A DNA stretch of 42,780 nt from a virus, in the IMG/VR virus record IMGVR_UViG_3300045988_170124, positions 1 through 42,780 of that record; one strand, given 5' to 3'. Under the pieces are notes generated by a model, which was not told the DNA's origin, ran no database searches, and saw only the letters and a list, made by a program, of their open reading frames with translations. Positions 31,802-39,891 of this stretch are shown here, one piece after another (the first letter of the stretch is position 1; every line of letters starts with the position of its first letter). The position numbers were made by a program, and so were the translations under genes.

Positions 31802-31982
31802 ACGGTTCTCCTCTTTGAGTTCTTACCCAATCGATAAGATCAAAGAGGTCAAGATCGGACTCACCATACCGGTCGACCGAATAAGTGCGGACAACAAGGC
31901 GGCCTTTATCGTTGGCCCATAGCTCAACGGGGTAGCCTTCCTTAAGTTCCCGAATGGGGAGCACAGCGATCTTTCTCTCCAT
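31746..31982 (-). CDS. Small protein (78 aa) upstream of and overlapping the HEPN-like gene
   Basis: ACGGAGAAAG RBS. The 3' end overlaps the next gene by 56 nt. No family recognised. Confidence 0.55.
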   Translation of the reverse strand: MERKIAVLPIRELKEGYPVELWANDKGRLVVRTYSVDRYGESDLDLFDLIDWVRTQRGEPYAGAELCRNAAGRDRQGA

Positions 31983-32002
31983 GATCTTTCTCCGTTGTCC
32001 GA

Positions 32003-32011
32003 ATTATGGCA
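32003..32011 (-). promoter_or_regulatory. Extended -10 promoter candidate (TGcCATAAT) for the two-gene moron
   Basis: The - strand reads aaTGcCATAATtcggacaACGGAGAAAGatcATG. It lies in the 36-nt gap between the tailspike stop (32019) and ATG 31982. No -35 element is evident. Confidence 0.4.
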
Positions 32012-32018
32012 TTAGTGT

Positions 32019-34349
32019 TCAAAGACGCGCCTCAATTTGCGCCAGGCGCCAGCGCTGGTAGGCGCACTCAAGGGCCAAGGCTTCCTCGTAGCGGATGCCG
32101 TACCGATCTCCAGCCGCAGTCACCAGGCGCTTTTCTACGTGCGATACTTCGGGCGTCGTAATGTTCCCGTCCTCGTCCGTCACCTCCGGCTGATCCACCA
32201 CGGTGACGTCCTCGTACTCATCCTCCCACTTGTCGTAGCAGAGAAGACCGTAGCGAGTTGCGTCCAAGCCTTCGGACTTGAAAGCCTCGATGACTTGCTG
32301 GGCGATCACGCCGACATGCAAGCGAGCGTCAGCACCCTTCTTCTCTATCGCGTCCTTGAACTGGAAGACCTTGAAGTTGACCTTGCCCCAAGCACGCATG
32401 AGCGATTCGTCAGGATCGACGATAGAAGTCTTTTCGCGTTCGTCGGAAGTATTGATTGTCCCTGTGGCTGCAAATACCGCAGACCATCTTGCACTACCCG
32501 TACCTAGAAAAGCCGTTCCATCTTCATTTGGACGTAACGACCCCATTGTACGTACATGCCCACTCAAAAAGCGAAGCGATTCTTCGTCGTTTGCATAGAT
32601 GGACGAGAACCCCTCATTGCGAGAAAAACCTATGCCATCAGATCCACCGACATAGAATTTCCGAATGTTTTTTGAATTATCGCCAAACATCCGGATCAAT
32701 TCTTCGTTCCCAACTGAAAAAACTAAATTTTTACTCGTTGAGTACCAGTTGAAAGCTGCCTGTGCAGGGGTATTACTATCCCCAAAGAATATGGATGCTA
32801 CTCGACCTGGATCAGCAACGACTCGAACCGAAGAATTATTTTCACCGCCAGAATCAAAACCACCTATCGTTAGCGTTTTTGCAGACAAATAATTGTCAAA
32901 TTCTGCATCTGAATCACAGGATAGAACCGTATGTCTGCCACCCAAAAACGTGGTGTAGGTGCTATAAGAATTTCCTACTGTACCAATAAACCGACAGCGT
33001 TGTGCATTCTTTGTTAACACGAGCCCATTGAAGGAAGTATCAGCAGACATCGTTATCGGCTTGCCTTGCGTGTCGTAGGCCTGACCTTCATTGTCGATCG
33101 TACATCCAAGGAACAAATCTCGACTTGATCTATCTACACGAACAACAAAAGGCGCATTAGAAGCAAAGCGACAATTAATGTAACGATGACCATGGATACG
33201 TCCAGTGCCGTTGCCAGCCATGCCACCAATGGAGAAAGCACCGCCCTTTTCAACATCAGCGACGGGATCCCCAACCTCCGTCATATCGACACGACGAAGA
33301 TGACTGTAGTGCTGAGGCCCGTAGATTTGACAACCTTCTAAGTAAAGATCGGAGCAACCAAAAGACCCTCGACGATCTCTTACGAGTCCACCTGATAGTT
33401 CATCATAGTAATTTGTCTCATAGGCATCCGATCCAGCTTTTGGCTCTGGGCCTTGTACACGCATCCCCCACAAACCGCCAAAGAACATACAGTCTTTAGC
33501 AGTAAAGCCATCTGCACCACCATCGACATTATCAGACGGATAAGCATTCCCATTTAAAGCAGGGAACCTTGGCATATTGTGCCCATTCGTAGAATCAAGC
33601 CAAACATTGGCTTCTCGGAAATAGCCAATGACATTGACTCGATTCAACTTCACTTGAGTGCGTGTGCCGACAAATACACCGACGCCCCAATTAGCACCTA
33701 AATTTTTACTTTGAGCGACAAGGAATTGTCGCTGTGTCTCAGTGGCAGTTGCGGGATCAATAATAGAGATCTGTTCACGATCAAACTCAGATACATCGGT
33801 TTTAAGACGAACCGCAAAATCAGATAGTACAACCCCTTCCGCTTGTACGTTGAGACATACTGAGATTGGGTCATCCTGCGGGTCTGAAGCAGATCCTCTG
33901 TATCGAACACGAGTACGAATTTTCTTAGCGGCTAAACCATCGACAGGATCTTTAAACAACAAGGTCGAGATATCAAAATATGAAATCACAGTATTGATGT
34001 TTCCACTTCGATACCCAGCTCCAGCTCCGGCTCCAGTGATGATTTGACCTTTTGTTTTGAGTTCAAGCTCACGGCCACATAAATACACTCCCATAGGGAT
34101 AAATACATTTTTACCACTATCGATAGCGGCTTGAATCGCCGCAGTGTCATCATGGTGGCCATCGCCAACAGCCCCAAAGTCCTTCACGTTCACAACGTCT
34201 GCAAACCGCTTGCTCAGCACTCGGGGCACGCTCGAACCTTCTGCTATCACCGGCAACATATCCCCGATGCCTGTGGGCGTTTCCACAATGTGAATATCCT
34301 TGCCCTTCTTCTTGGCGAGGGCGACTCCGGAATGGTATTGGATTGTCAT
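32019..34349 (-). CDS. Tailspike: pectate-lyase-type beta-helix with C-terminal intramolecular chaperone (peptidase S74) domain (776 aa)
   Basis: VNVKDFGAVGDGHHDDTAAIQAAIDSGKNVFIPMGVY is the Pectate_lyase_3 N-terminal signature. The C-terminal NTSDEREKTSIV...LHVGVIAQQVIEAF... is the S74 autoproteolytic chaperone pattern; the Ser codon is at 32445-32447. I place the start at ATG 34349, 2 nt after the upstream stop. Confidence 0.85.
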   Translation of the reverse strand: MTIQYHSGVALAKKKGKDIHIVETPTGIGDMLPVIAEGSSVPRVLSKRFADVVNVKDFGAVGDGHHDDTAAIQAAIDSGKNVFIPMGVYLCGRELELKTKGQIITGAGAGAGYRSGNINTVISYFDISTLLFKDPVDGLAAKKIRTRVRYRGSASDPQDDPISVCLNVQAEGVVLSDFAVRLKTDVSEFDREQISIIDPATATETQRQFLVAQSKNLGANWGVGVFVGTRTQVKLNRVNVIGYFREANVWLDSTNGHNMPRFPALNGNAYPSDNVDGGADGFTAKDCMFFGGLWGMRVQGPEPKAGSDAYETNYYDELSGGLVRDRRGSFGCSDLYLEGCQIYGPQHYSHLRRVDMTEVGDPVADVEKGGAFSIGGMAGNGTGRIHGHRYINCRFASNAPFVVRVDRSSRDLFLGCTIDNEGQAYDTQGKPITMSADTSFNGLVLTKNAQRCRFIGTVGNSYSTYTTFLGGRHTVLSCDSDAEFDNYLSAKTLTIGGFDSGGENNSSVRVVADPGRVASIFFGDSNTPAQAAFNWYSTSKNLVFSVGNEELIRMFGDNSKNIRKFYVGGSDGIGFSRNEGFSSIYANDEESLRFLSGHVRTMGSLRPNEDGTAFLGTGSARWSAVFAATGTINTSDEREKTSIVDPDESLMRAWGKVNFKVFQFKDAIEKKGADARLHVGVIAQQVIEAFKSEGLDATRYGLLCYDKWEDEYEDVTVVDQPEVTDEDGNITTPEVSHVEKRLVTAAGDRYGIRYEEALALECAYQRWRLAQIEARL

Positions 34350-34351
34350 GA

Positions 34352-36382
34352 TTAAGCCGTTGCGAGTTTGGTATAGGCGCCCCAGTTGACAGTTTCGTCG
34401 TCGCCGTTTGGGCATAGACCAAAGCGGATTGCGATCCCAGGGGTTGAAAGGTTGTAGACGGTCTGAATGATTTTCCGCGTAGCGTTTGAGACAGCGCGCT
34501 TAGTAACGATTACGATGGTCTGGCCAAAACCTGACGGAAGATTTGAAGCACTGCCATCGCATGTATAAACCCCTGAATCCCGGAGGTTATTTAGGTCTGC
34601 AGCGCCTTTCGGAATCGCGTCGCCTACCTGCCCCGAGGTCTGCAAGTAGTCCAGCAGGGATGCCCCTTGAGTCTCGCCAGCGCAGACTTGCCCGCCGTTG
34701 TTTCCGATCGCGTCAAATGCAGGAGATGACTTATAGGTGCAATTAGTAAAAGCAAGATACTTGCTACTTGGCCGCGTTATGTCTATTCGACCGCCGTTAA
34801 GGGCGTATAGCGCTGTACGATAATTCTTGAAATTGAAATTCTTAGAGCAATGAGCCAGGGATACCGCACCGCCGTATTCGGCGACGACGCCGCCCCAGCC
34901 GCTCGTCGCACCTACTGAGCCGCCATCGGTGTCACAATCGCAGAGAGTAACGAAAGCGCCATACTCTGCAAACCAGCCGCGGGGGTTCCCTGTAGCGGAT
35001 GAATTTTGTACGCTGACACGACACAGTCCACTAGCAAGCAAGCCTGCAACCGCATTGTTATTCGTTTCAGTTTTGTCAAGGTAAACTGAAGTGCCTCCAC
35101 TGAGGAAAAAGCCGCTGCTACCCGAATTTTTGGATATAAAATCACTGAAATACAGGTTACCGCAGTAGTTTGCATGAACCCCGTTCAGCTTGTTTCCCGT
35201 AGCAGAGCTTCCGTAAACATTTCCAGAAGCCCCCTGGGTAAAGGAAAAGCCGTTCCACGCATTGTTATCGGCCGCAGCATTCTGTACAGAGACTACGCAG
35301 TCACCCAGCGCACTGAATCCAGCGTGGCCGCATTCCGTAGCTCTGATGTCAGTGCAAGCTACGCTACCACCCTGGTGGCGGAAACCGTCAAGGGCGGCTC
35401 CTCTGACCGCGACACCTGAAATTGTAAGTTGGCAGTCTTTAGAAAAAATACCGTATCCCTTTCCCCCGGAGCAATCGAGTATCACAGCGGCTGACGAACT
35501 CCCTATTAACGTCGTCTTTTGTGCTGACAAACTGAGGCCGCTCGGTGCGTCATAGATGCCGTCGGCAAGGTGAACTTCAACGCTTGCTTTAAACCCCGAT
35601 AAAAAAGTGGACAATCCTTCGAGGGAGAAAGGAGCCCCTTCAGACCCATCCCCATCGCCGTCGGGAGAGGCATACACCACAACCGGCATACCCGCAGACC
35701 AACGAGCCAACGTGCGGCCGCCCACCAACCGGTTCGAAATATCTTCCCCGGCGTTGCCCGGATTGCCGTAGCCCTTGACCCAGAAGTACCCGTCGTAGGG
35801 GTAAGCCTCGACCTCTTCGAGGGAGTTCACCAGGTGGGGAATATCCCACGAGTAACGTTCGATCAAGCCCTTGATGGCTTCGCAGGCGGCAAGCGTTTCC
35901 TTGGACGCCCCGGCCGCAGCGATAGCGTCGTCCACCGCGGCGAGCAACTTATCGCGCAGCTGACGAGGGGTGATCGTGTCCGTGGGGTCTGTGATGAGCG
36001 CGCGGCTGACTTGCTCGACAAGCTGCTGAATTTGCACGACCGTTCTGTCAAGCGCCGTGTTTATCGTTTCCGGCGGAAAGCGGATGTAATTCGTGAGCTG
36101 AGTGGTCTGCGTGTAGGGAATGTCCGTCCCAACCGATACGATCTGCGTTTCATTCAGGGCATTCGTCAGAGTCACCGTACCACCGGGCGTAGCCTCCTGA
36201 TCTTGGTTCATTTCCACGGAGTAATCCGCGTTGTATTCCAAATTTTTCGGAGGATCATTCTCTTTTTCTGCCAGGGCGACAAATACGTCCGTCGGCTCAA
36301 AAATCTTGAAGCCAAACGGAAGAATCTTTGTCCCGGCCCCGGTAAAAGGCCCTGCTAATCGTTTTACGTTTCCTACAGCCAT
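34352..36382 (-). CDS. Tail fiber/spike with right-handed beta-helix repeats and C-terminal pyocin-knob-like domain (676 aa)
   Basis: N-terminus MAVGNVKRLAGPFTGAGTKILPFGFKIFEPTDVFV, a phage fiber N-terminal pattern. The centre has repeated G/S/N-rich beta-helix turns. The C-terminus LNNLRDSGVYTCDGSASNLPSGFGQTIVIVTKR...IIQTVYNL...WGAYTKL resembles pyocin knob domains. The start is placed at ATG 36382 (GAGGGG RBS). Confidence 0.75.
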   Translation of the reverse strand: MAVGNVKRLAGPFTGAGTKILPFGFKIFEPTDVFVALAEKENDPPKNLEYNADYSVEMNQDQEATPGGTVTLTNALNETQIVSVGTDIPYTQTTQLTNYIRFPPETINTALDRTVVQIQQLVEQVSRALITDPTDTITPRQLRDKLLAAVDDAIAAAGASKETLAACEAIKGLIERYSWDIPHLVNSLEEVEAYPYDGYFWVKGYGNPGNAGEDISNRLVGGRTLARWSAGMPVVVYASPDGDGDGSEGAPFSLEGLSTFLSGFKASVEVHLADGIYDAPSGLSLSAQKTTLIGSSSAAVILDCSGGKGYGIFSKDCQLTISGVAVRGAALDGFRHQGGSVACTDIRATECGHAGFSALGDCVVSVQNAAADNNAWNGFSFTQGASGNVYGSSATGNKLNGVHANYCGNLYFSDFISKNSGSSGFFLSGGTSVYLDKTETNNNAVAGLLASGLCRVSVQNSSATGNPRGWFAEYGAFVTLCDCDTDGGSVGATSGWGGVVAEYGGAVSLAHCSKNFNFKNYRTALYALNGGRIDITRPSSKYLAFTNCTYKSSPAFDAIGNNGGQVCAGETQGASLLDYLQTSGQVGDAIPKGAADLNNLRDSGVYTCDGSASNLPSGFGQTIVIVTKRAVSNATRKIIQTVYNLSTPGIAIRFGLCPNGDDETVNWGAYTKLATA

Positions 36383-36440
36383 AAAAAGCCCCTCAAAGAT
36401 GAGAGGCATTGTCAACAGCGTTCACCAGGCTACGCGCACA

Positions 36441-38012
36441 TCACGCATACGGGTCCCGAACGGTATGCGCCCCCAGACGACCGTTACGCGGCTGAGCGTG
36501 CCCCATCTCCGACAGGTACTCATTCATTTGAACGGCAAACGTGAGCATCAGCGCGTCCGCGCGATCGGGAGACGACAGGCCGCGATCCTTCATACTCTCT
36601 TTGCTTTCAAGCAGAATCTGATTCGTCGGCGTATAGCCGTACTCAACCCCTGTCAAGTCCGTCACAAGATCGTCGTTCTGTTCGATACAGCCGCCGGCCT
36701 TCAGCCATTCGCGCCCACGCCCCCACATTTCCGCTCGAAGATTCTTGTAGCGTTCGGTATTCGTTGCCCCGCCACCGAAGTTGATGGAGTTCACCGGATA
36801 ACCGTTATGCCGCAGCCAGTCAATCGGGGACGCCCCCACACCGCCGGCGTCCACATTGATAACAACCTTTCGGGCGCCCTTCTGTCGGAATTCGTTGTAG
36901 ACCTCAGCGATCTTCGCCGCCAACTCCCAACCGTCCAGTCCGCGGAACTCTTTTGCCGGATAAGACCGGGCATCGGTCCCGATCCTGCAACAGATGACAG
37001 ACGCGTCGTCACCGAACCGCGCCACGTCCACGCCAAGAATCACCACCTGCCGATAGTAGGAACAGTGCTCCAACTGCCGTTGCATCGCCTCATCGACTAT
37101 GGCACGCGGGATAAACTGCAGCGAAGACGCCGACGGGAACTGCCCCAGCACACGCACTCGCACAAAGTCCGAGTCGATGCCGTAGTCCTGAATCCACGTC
37201 GCAATCTTTTTCTTGTCCGTGCCGATAGTCGTCCGCCCATCCACATGACGATGCACCCAACGATGCCGGTACTTGTTAAAGCACTCGTAGAAGCGCCCGG
37301 TGTTTCGCGTCGGGTTGCCGAAAACCATCCAAAAAATCTGAGTGTCCTTATCGGTCATGGCACCTTCGACGACTTCCCAGATTATGTCGGCAATGGCCGA
37401 GGCTTCATCGAAAATCACCATGATGCGCTTTCGGGCGTTGTGTAACCCTGCAAAGCCTTCGGGACGCGACTCAGACCACGGGATCGCGTCAAAGCGCCAC
37501 GTCTTGTCATGATCCTTCTGTCGGCTACAGACGCACGTCGCCGAGATTCGGAACCACGACTTGAAGAGACAGAGATTGAACCACTTCGTCACTTCGGCAA
37601 ACGTCTTAGTTCGCAGCTGGGTGTCGGTGTTGGCCGTGACGATGCCGCGGGTATCCGGGAACGTCGCCATGCTCCACAGCGTGATCCAAGCCACGAGAGC
37701 GGACTTTCCCACGCCGTGACCGGCCGCCGTCGCGTCCAGGTAGGCGGAAATGGCCCCATCCTCATCCCCTCGCTGAAGGTAGTCCCGCATGCTCGTGAGC
37801 ACGTCCACCTGCCACACGTCCGGGCCGTCCCATCCGGCGAGGGTATCTTTGCCCCACGGGAAGGCAATCTGGACGAACTTCAGAGGGTCCTTTGAAGTCT
37901 GCGCGGCAACCTCCACAAGAGCCTGATTGACGCCCGCCGGCGTGTCGAGATCAATACGATCCAGCACCAAAAAGGCGTCCGCCTCTTTCTTCTTCGTCTT
38001 ACTTGAGGGCAC
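36441..38012 (-). CDS. terL: Terminase large subunit
   Basis: Walker A AAGHGVGKS, Walker B IMVIFDEAS, and a C-terminal nuclease-type region. GTG start with a GGGAGAG RBS. It overlaps terS by 14 nt. Confidence 0.9.
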   Translation of the reverse strand: MPSSKTKKKEADAFLVLDRIDLDTPAGVNQALVEVAAQTSKDPLKFVQIAFPWGKDTLAGWDGPDVWQVDVLTSMRDYLQRGDEDGAISAYLDATAAGHGVGKSALVAWITLWSMATFPDTRGIVTANTDTQLRTKTFAEVTKWFNLCLFKSWFRISATCVCSRQKDHDKTWRFDAIPWSESRPEGFAGLHNARKRIMVIFDEASAIADIIWEVVEGAMTDKDTQIFWMVFGNPTRNTGRFYECFNKYRHRWVHRHVDGRTTIGTDKKKIATWIQDYGIDSDFVRVRVLGQFPSASSLQFIPRAIVDEAMQRQLEHCSYYRQVVILGVDVARFGDDASVICCRIGTDARSYPAKEFRGLDGWELAAKIAEVYNEFRQKGARKVVINVDAGGVGASPIDWLRHNGYPVNSINFGGGATNTERYKNLRAEMWGRGREWLKAGGCIEQNDDLVTDLTGVEYGYTPTNQILLESKESMKDRGLSSPDRADALMLTFAVQMNEYLSEMGHAQPRNGRLGAHTVRDPYA

Positions 38013-38463
38013 CTATTCTCTCCCGCAGAATCTCAGCCAAAGACGTAAGGGCTTCGTCCTTAGCCTCTTCAGCCTTGTCTTTACCCATCTTGAGAAAGCC
38101 CCCGAGCGTTTTGGCGGCCTGATTCGCGGCCAGTGGATCGACCATGACCCAAACCTGTTTGCCGTCCTTGTCGAGCGTTTGTTCATCATCGTCTCCGTCC
38201 GCTATCAGCTGAGTATTGACTTCAATGATCTGTTTCAGCTTTCGGTAGACGTACTCGGGGTTGACGCCGGCGGCTTCCGCGGCGCGGTCGATCTCTTCCT
38301 CTACGGCCTTTTGAATGTTAGGTTTTTTCAAGTTCTCGCTTGCAATCGCCCCGGCCGTCTTTTTCGAATATCCGGCCTTAATCGCCGCCTCAGTCGCTGA
38401 CTTCGAAGCGGCGACGGCCTTCGCAAACTTCTGCTGCTTCACCGTCAGTTTCTTTTCCGTCAT
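37999..38463 (-). CDS. terS: Terminase small subunit (P27/Terminase_2-like)
   Basis: LTVKQQKFAKAVAASKSATEAAIKAGYSKKTAGAIASENLKKPNIQKAVEEEI matches the Terminase_2 HTH pattern. ATG 38463 overlaps the upstream stop as ATGA. Confidence 0.85.
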   Translation of the reverse strand: MTEKKLTVKQQKFAKAVAASKSATEAAIKAGYSKKTAGAIASENLKKPNIQKAVEEEIDRAAEAAGVNPEYVYRKLKQIIEVNTQLIADGDDDEQTLDKDGKQVWVMVDPLAANQAAKTLGGFLKMGKDKAEEAKDEALTSLAEILRERIGALK

Positions 38464-38861
38464 ACGCTCCTCTTGATCTTTTTCCACCCGGCGACCGATT
38501 GGCAGCGCCGGGAGCCATCCACATAACTCCGGATTGTCCGAATCGGCATATCCAGCATCAGGCTAATTTCCCGGAAGGTGTATCCCTCCTGCCTCAGTTC
38601 TATGGCGTGCTCAATATCCGAATCCAGGTACTTCGCGTTCCAATGATCCTCACCGATAACCGCGCCGTTGTCGGCTACTGTCGCAATCATCGTCACGACG
38701 GTATGCGTACGGGCACAGGTTGCGGGCTTTGGTTTCGGCCGTGGCGATGATCTTGGCGCGTTGCAGGCTTCCGACGGGGAGCGTTCGGGCATGATCGGCA
38801 GCTGAAACAAGGAGAGCTGCAGCCAAGGGCGGGAGAACAGTGCTAACTCCGATGGATTCAT
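38460..38861 (-). CDS. HTH DNA-binding protein upstream of terS (start uncertain: 133 aa from 38861, or 76 aa from 38690)
   Basis: The C-terminal DHWNAKYLDSDIEHAIELRQEGYTFREISLMLDMPIRTIRSYVDGSRR is a sigma-70 region-4-like HTH, common in front of phage terminase genes. The N-terminal 57 aa are Pro/Ser-rich and overlap an alternative 71-aa frame (38650..38865) that has the better RBS. Confidence 0.5.
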   Translation of the reverse strand: MNPSELALFSRPWLQLSLFQLPIMPERSPSEACNAPRSSPRPKPKPATCARTHTVVTMIATVADNGAVIGEDHWNAKYLDSDIEHAIELRQEGYTFREISLMLDMPIRTIRSYVDGSRRCQSVAGWKKIKRSV

Positions 38862-38865
38862 TCAT

Positions 38866-39231
38866 TTAAAACTCCTCTATGTTCCACCCGCACCCCTGAC
38901 GCTTCGCCTTTGGGAAGACCACAAACATCCGGAACGGGTACTGAGACGCAGCCACCTTCACCTTTACCCGGGCGTCGTCCTGAAACACGGCGAGCGTCCC
39001 TTTGACCTCGTGAAGTTCAATTTCACCGTTTGGCCGGAGCACCATGAAGTCGGGCGTGTACCAGCACTTCCCGGCGGCAATCTTGACTTTCATGGACTCG
39101 AACCAAAACTTCTCAATGCGCCCCGCCTGCTGTTCTGCCTTCAGAAAAGCCGCGTAGGCGGATTCAGTCGCGTTCATCTCACCGGGCCTCAGCCGCCCTT
39201 TGGCGTATAGACGTTTCATTGCGGGCTTCAT
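38866..39231 (-). CDS. DUF1064-family PD-(D/E)xK nuclease (putative resolvase-type endonuclease)
   Basis: ESAYAAFLKAEQQAGRIEKFWFESMKVKIAAGKCWYTPDFMVLRPNGEIELHEVKG matches the DUF1064 pattern (S.E...L...G.I......YTPDF.......EVKG). Confidence 0.8.
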   Translation of the reverse strand: MKPAMKRLYAKGRLRPGEMNATESAYAAFLKAEQQAGRIEKFWFESMKVKIAAGKCWYTPDFMVLRPNGEIELHEVKGTLAVFQDDARVKVKVAASQYPFRMFVVFPKAKRQGCGWNIEEF

Positions 39232-39431
39232 TCTTCGTCCTCCCTGTGGTTCTTTTCGACCTGAGCGTCGCAGACGCCCAGCCAGAAATACCGCTGCTCT
39301 AATTTCGTCTTGAACTGTTCAGCCTCTACGGACGGCGCCCAGCCTTTAAGCCCTACGTCGTGGCCGACCTTATAAGCGCGAGTCAGCTTCTCTGCGACAG
39401 CGCGTGAAACTCCGGTAGGCGTTTTCATCAT
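39228..39431 (-). CDS. Hypothetical protein (67 aa)
   Basis: ORF coupled on both sides by 4-nt overlaps. No family recognised. Confidence 0.5.
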   Translation of the reverse strand: MMKTPTGVSRAVAEKLTRAYKVGHDVGLKGWAPSVEAEQFKTKLEQRYFWLGVCDAQVEKNHREDEE

Positions 39432-39613
39432 TCCTCATCCTCCCTTTCGTACTGCGCGTGAACGCGCCGAACCTCTCGCTTCAGCCGCATGAGCTGAAGC
39501 GACAAACCTTGTTTTTTGAAATATCGCGGCGCAGTTGTTTCAACATCTGCGAGAACTTCCACGATCTTCGCGGCGTCCTCAGGCTTCAACTGCACGTGCT
39601 TCGGGTTGCTCAT
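39428..39613 (-). CDS. Hypothetical protein (61 aa)
   Basis: AGGAGG lies 7 nt upstream of ATG 39613, with an ATGA overlap with the upstream stop. The longer track ORF start (39706) is unsupported. Confidence 0.5.
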   Translation of the reverse strand: MSNPKHVQLKPEDAAKIVEVLADVETTAPRYFKKQGLSLQLMRLKREVRRVHAQYEREDEE

Positions 39614-39891
39614 GCCAATCCCTCCTTTTTGAGTTTTTCGATAAATTCCACAGCGACCTTTTCGCAGTCCTTTGCTGTCATGCGCCAGTCCGCCGGAACC
39701 GGCCACAGTCTGCGTTCGCCCTCAGCGAGCCCCACCCAGACGAGAGGCCGCCCCTGCATGTACGCCGGAATGCTGATAACGACGTGCCAAGAGTCGTACA
39801 CCACGTCTTCCGGCCCGAGTACTTTTTCTCTGACAAAGACGTCGCACGAAATCAGACCCGCGTTAGGATCAAGAAAAGTTTCGGTGCTCAT
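39610..39891 (-). CDS. Hypothetical protein (93 aa)
   Basis: ORF in an operon context with a 4-nt overlap with the upstream gene. No family recognised. Confidence 0.55.
   Translation of the reverse strand: MSTETFLDPNAGLISCDVFVREKVLGPEDVVYDSWHVVISIPAYMQGRPLVWVGLAEGERRLWPVPADWRMTAKDCEKVAVEFIEKLKKEGLA

Noticed and set aside
36231-37445. 404-aa ORF on the + strand opposite terL. Similar + strand ORFs: 22799..23707, 25669..26469, 26473..27483, 28312..29106
   Set aside because: All lie antisense to strongly supported - strand structural genes. All translate to Arg/His/Leu-rich low-complexity sequence. They are treated as shadows.
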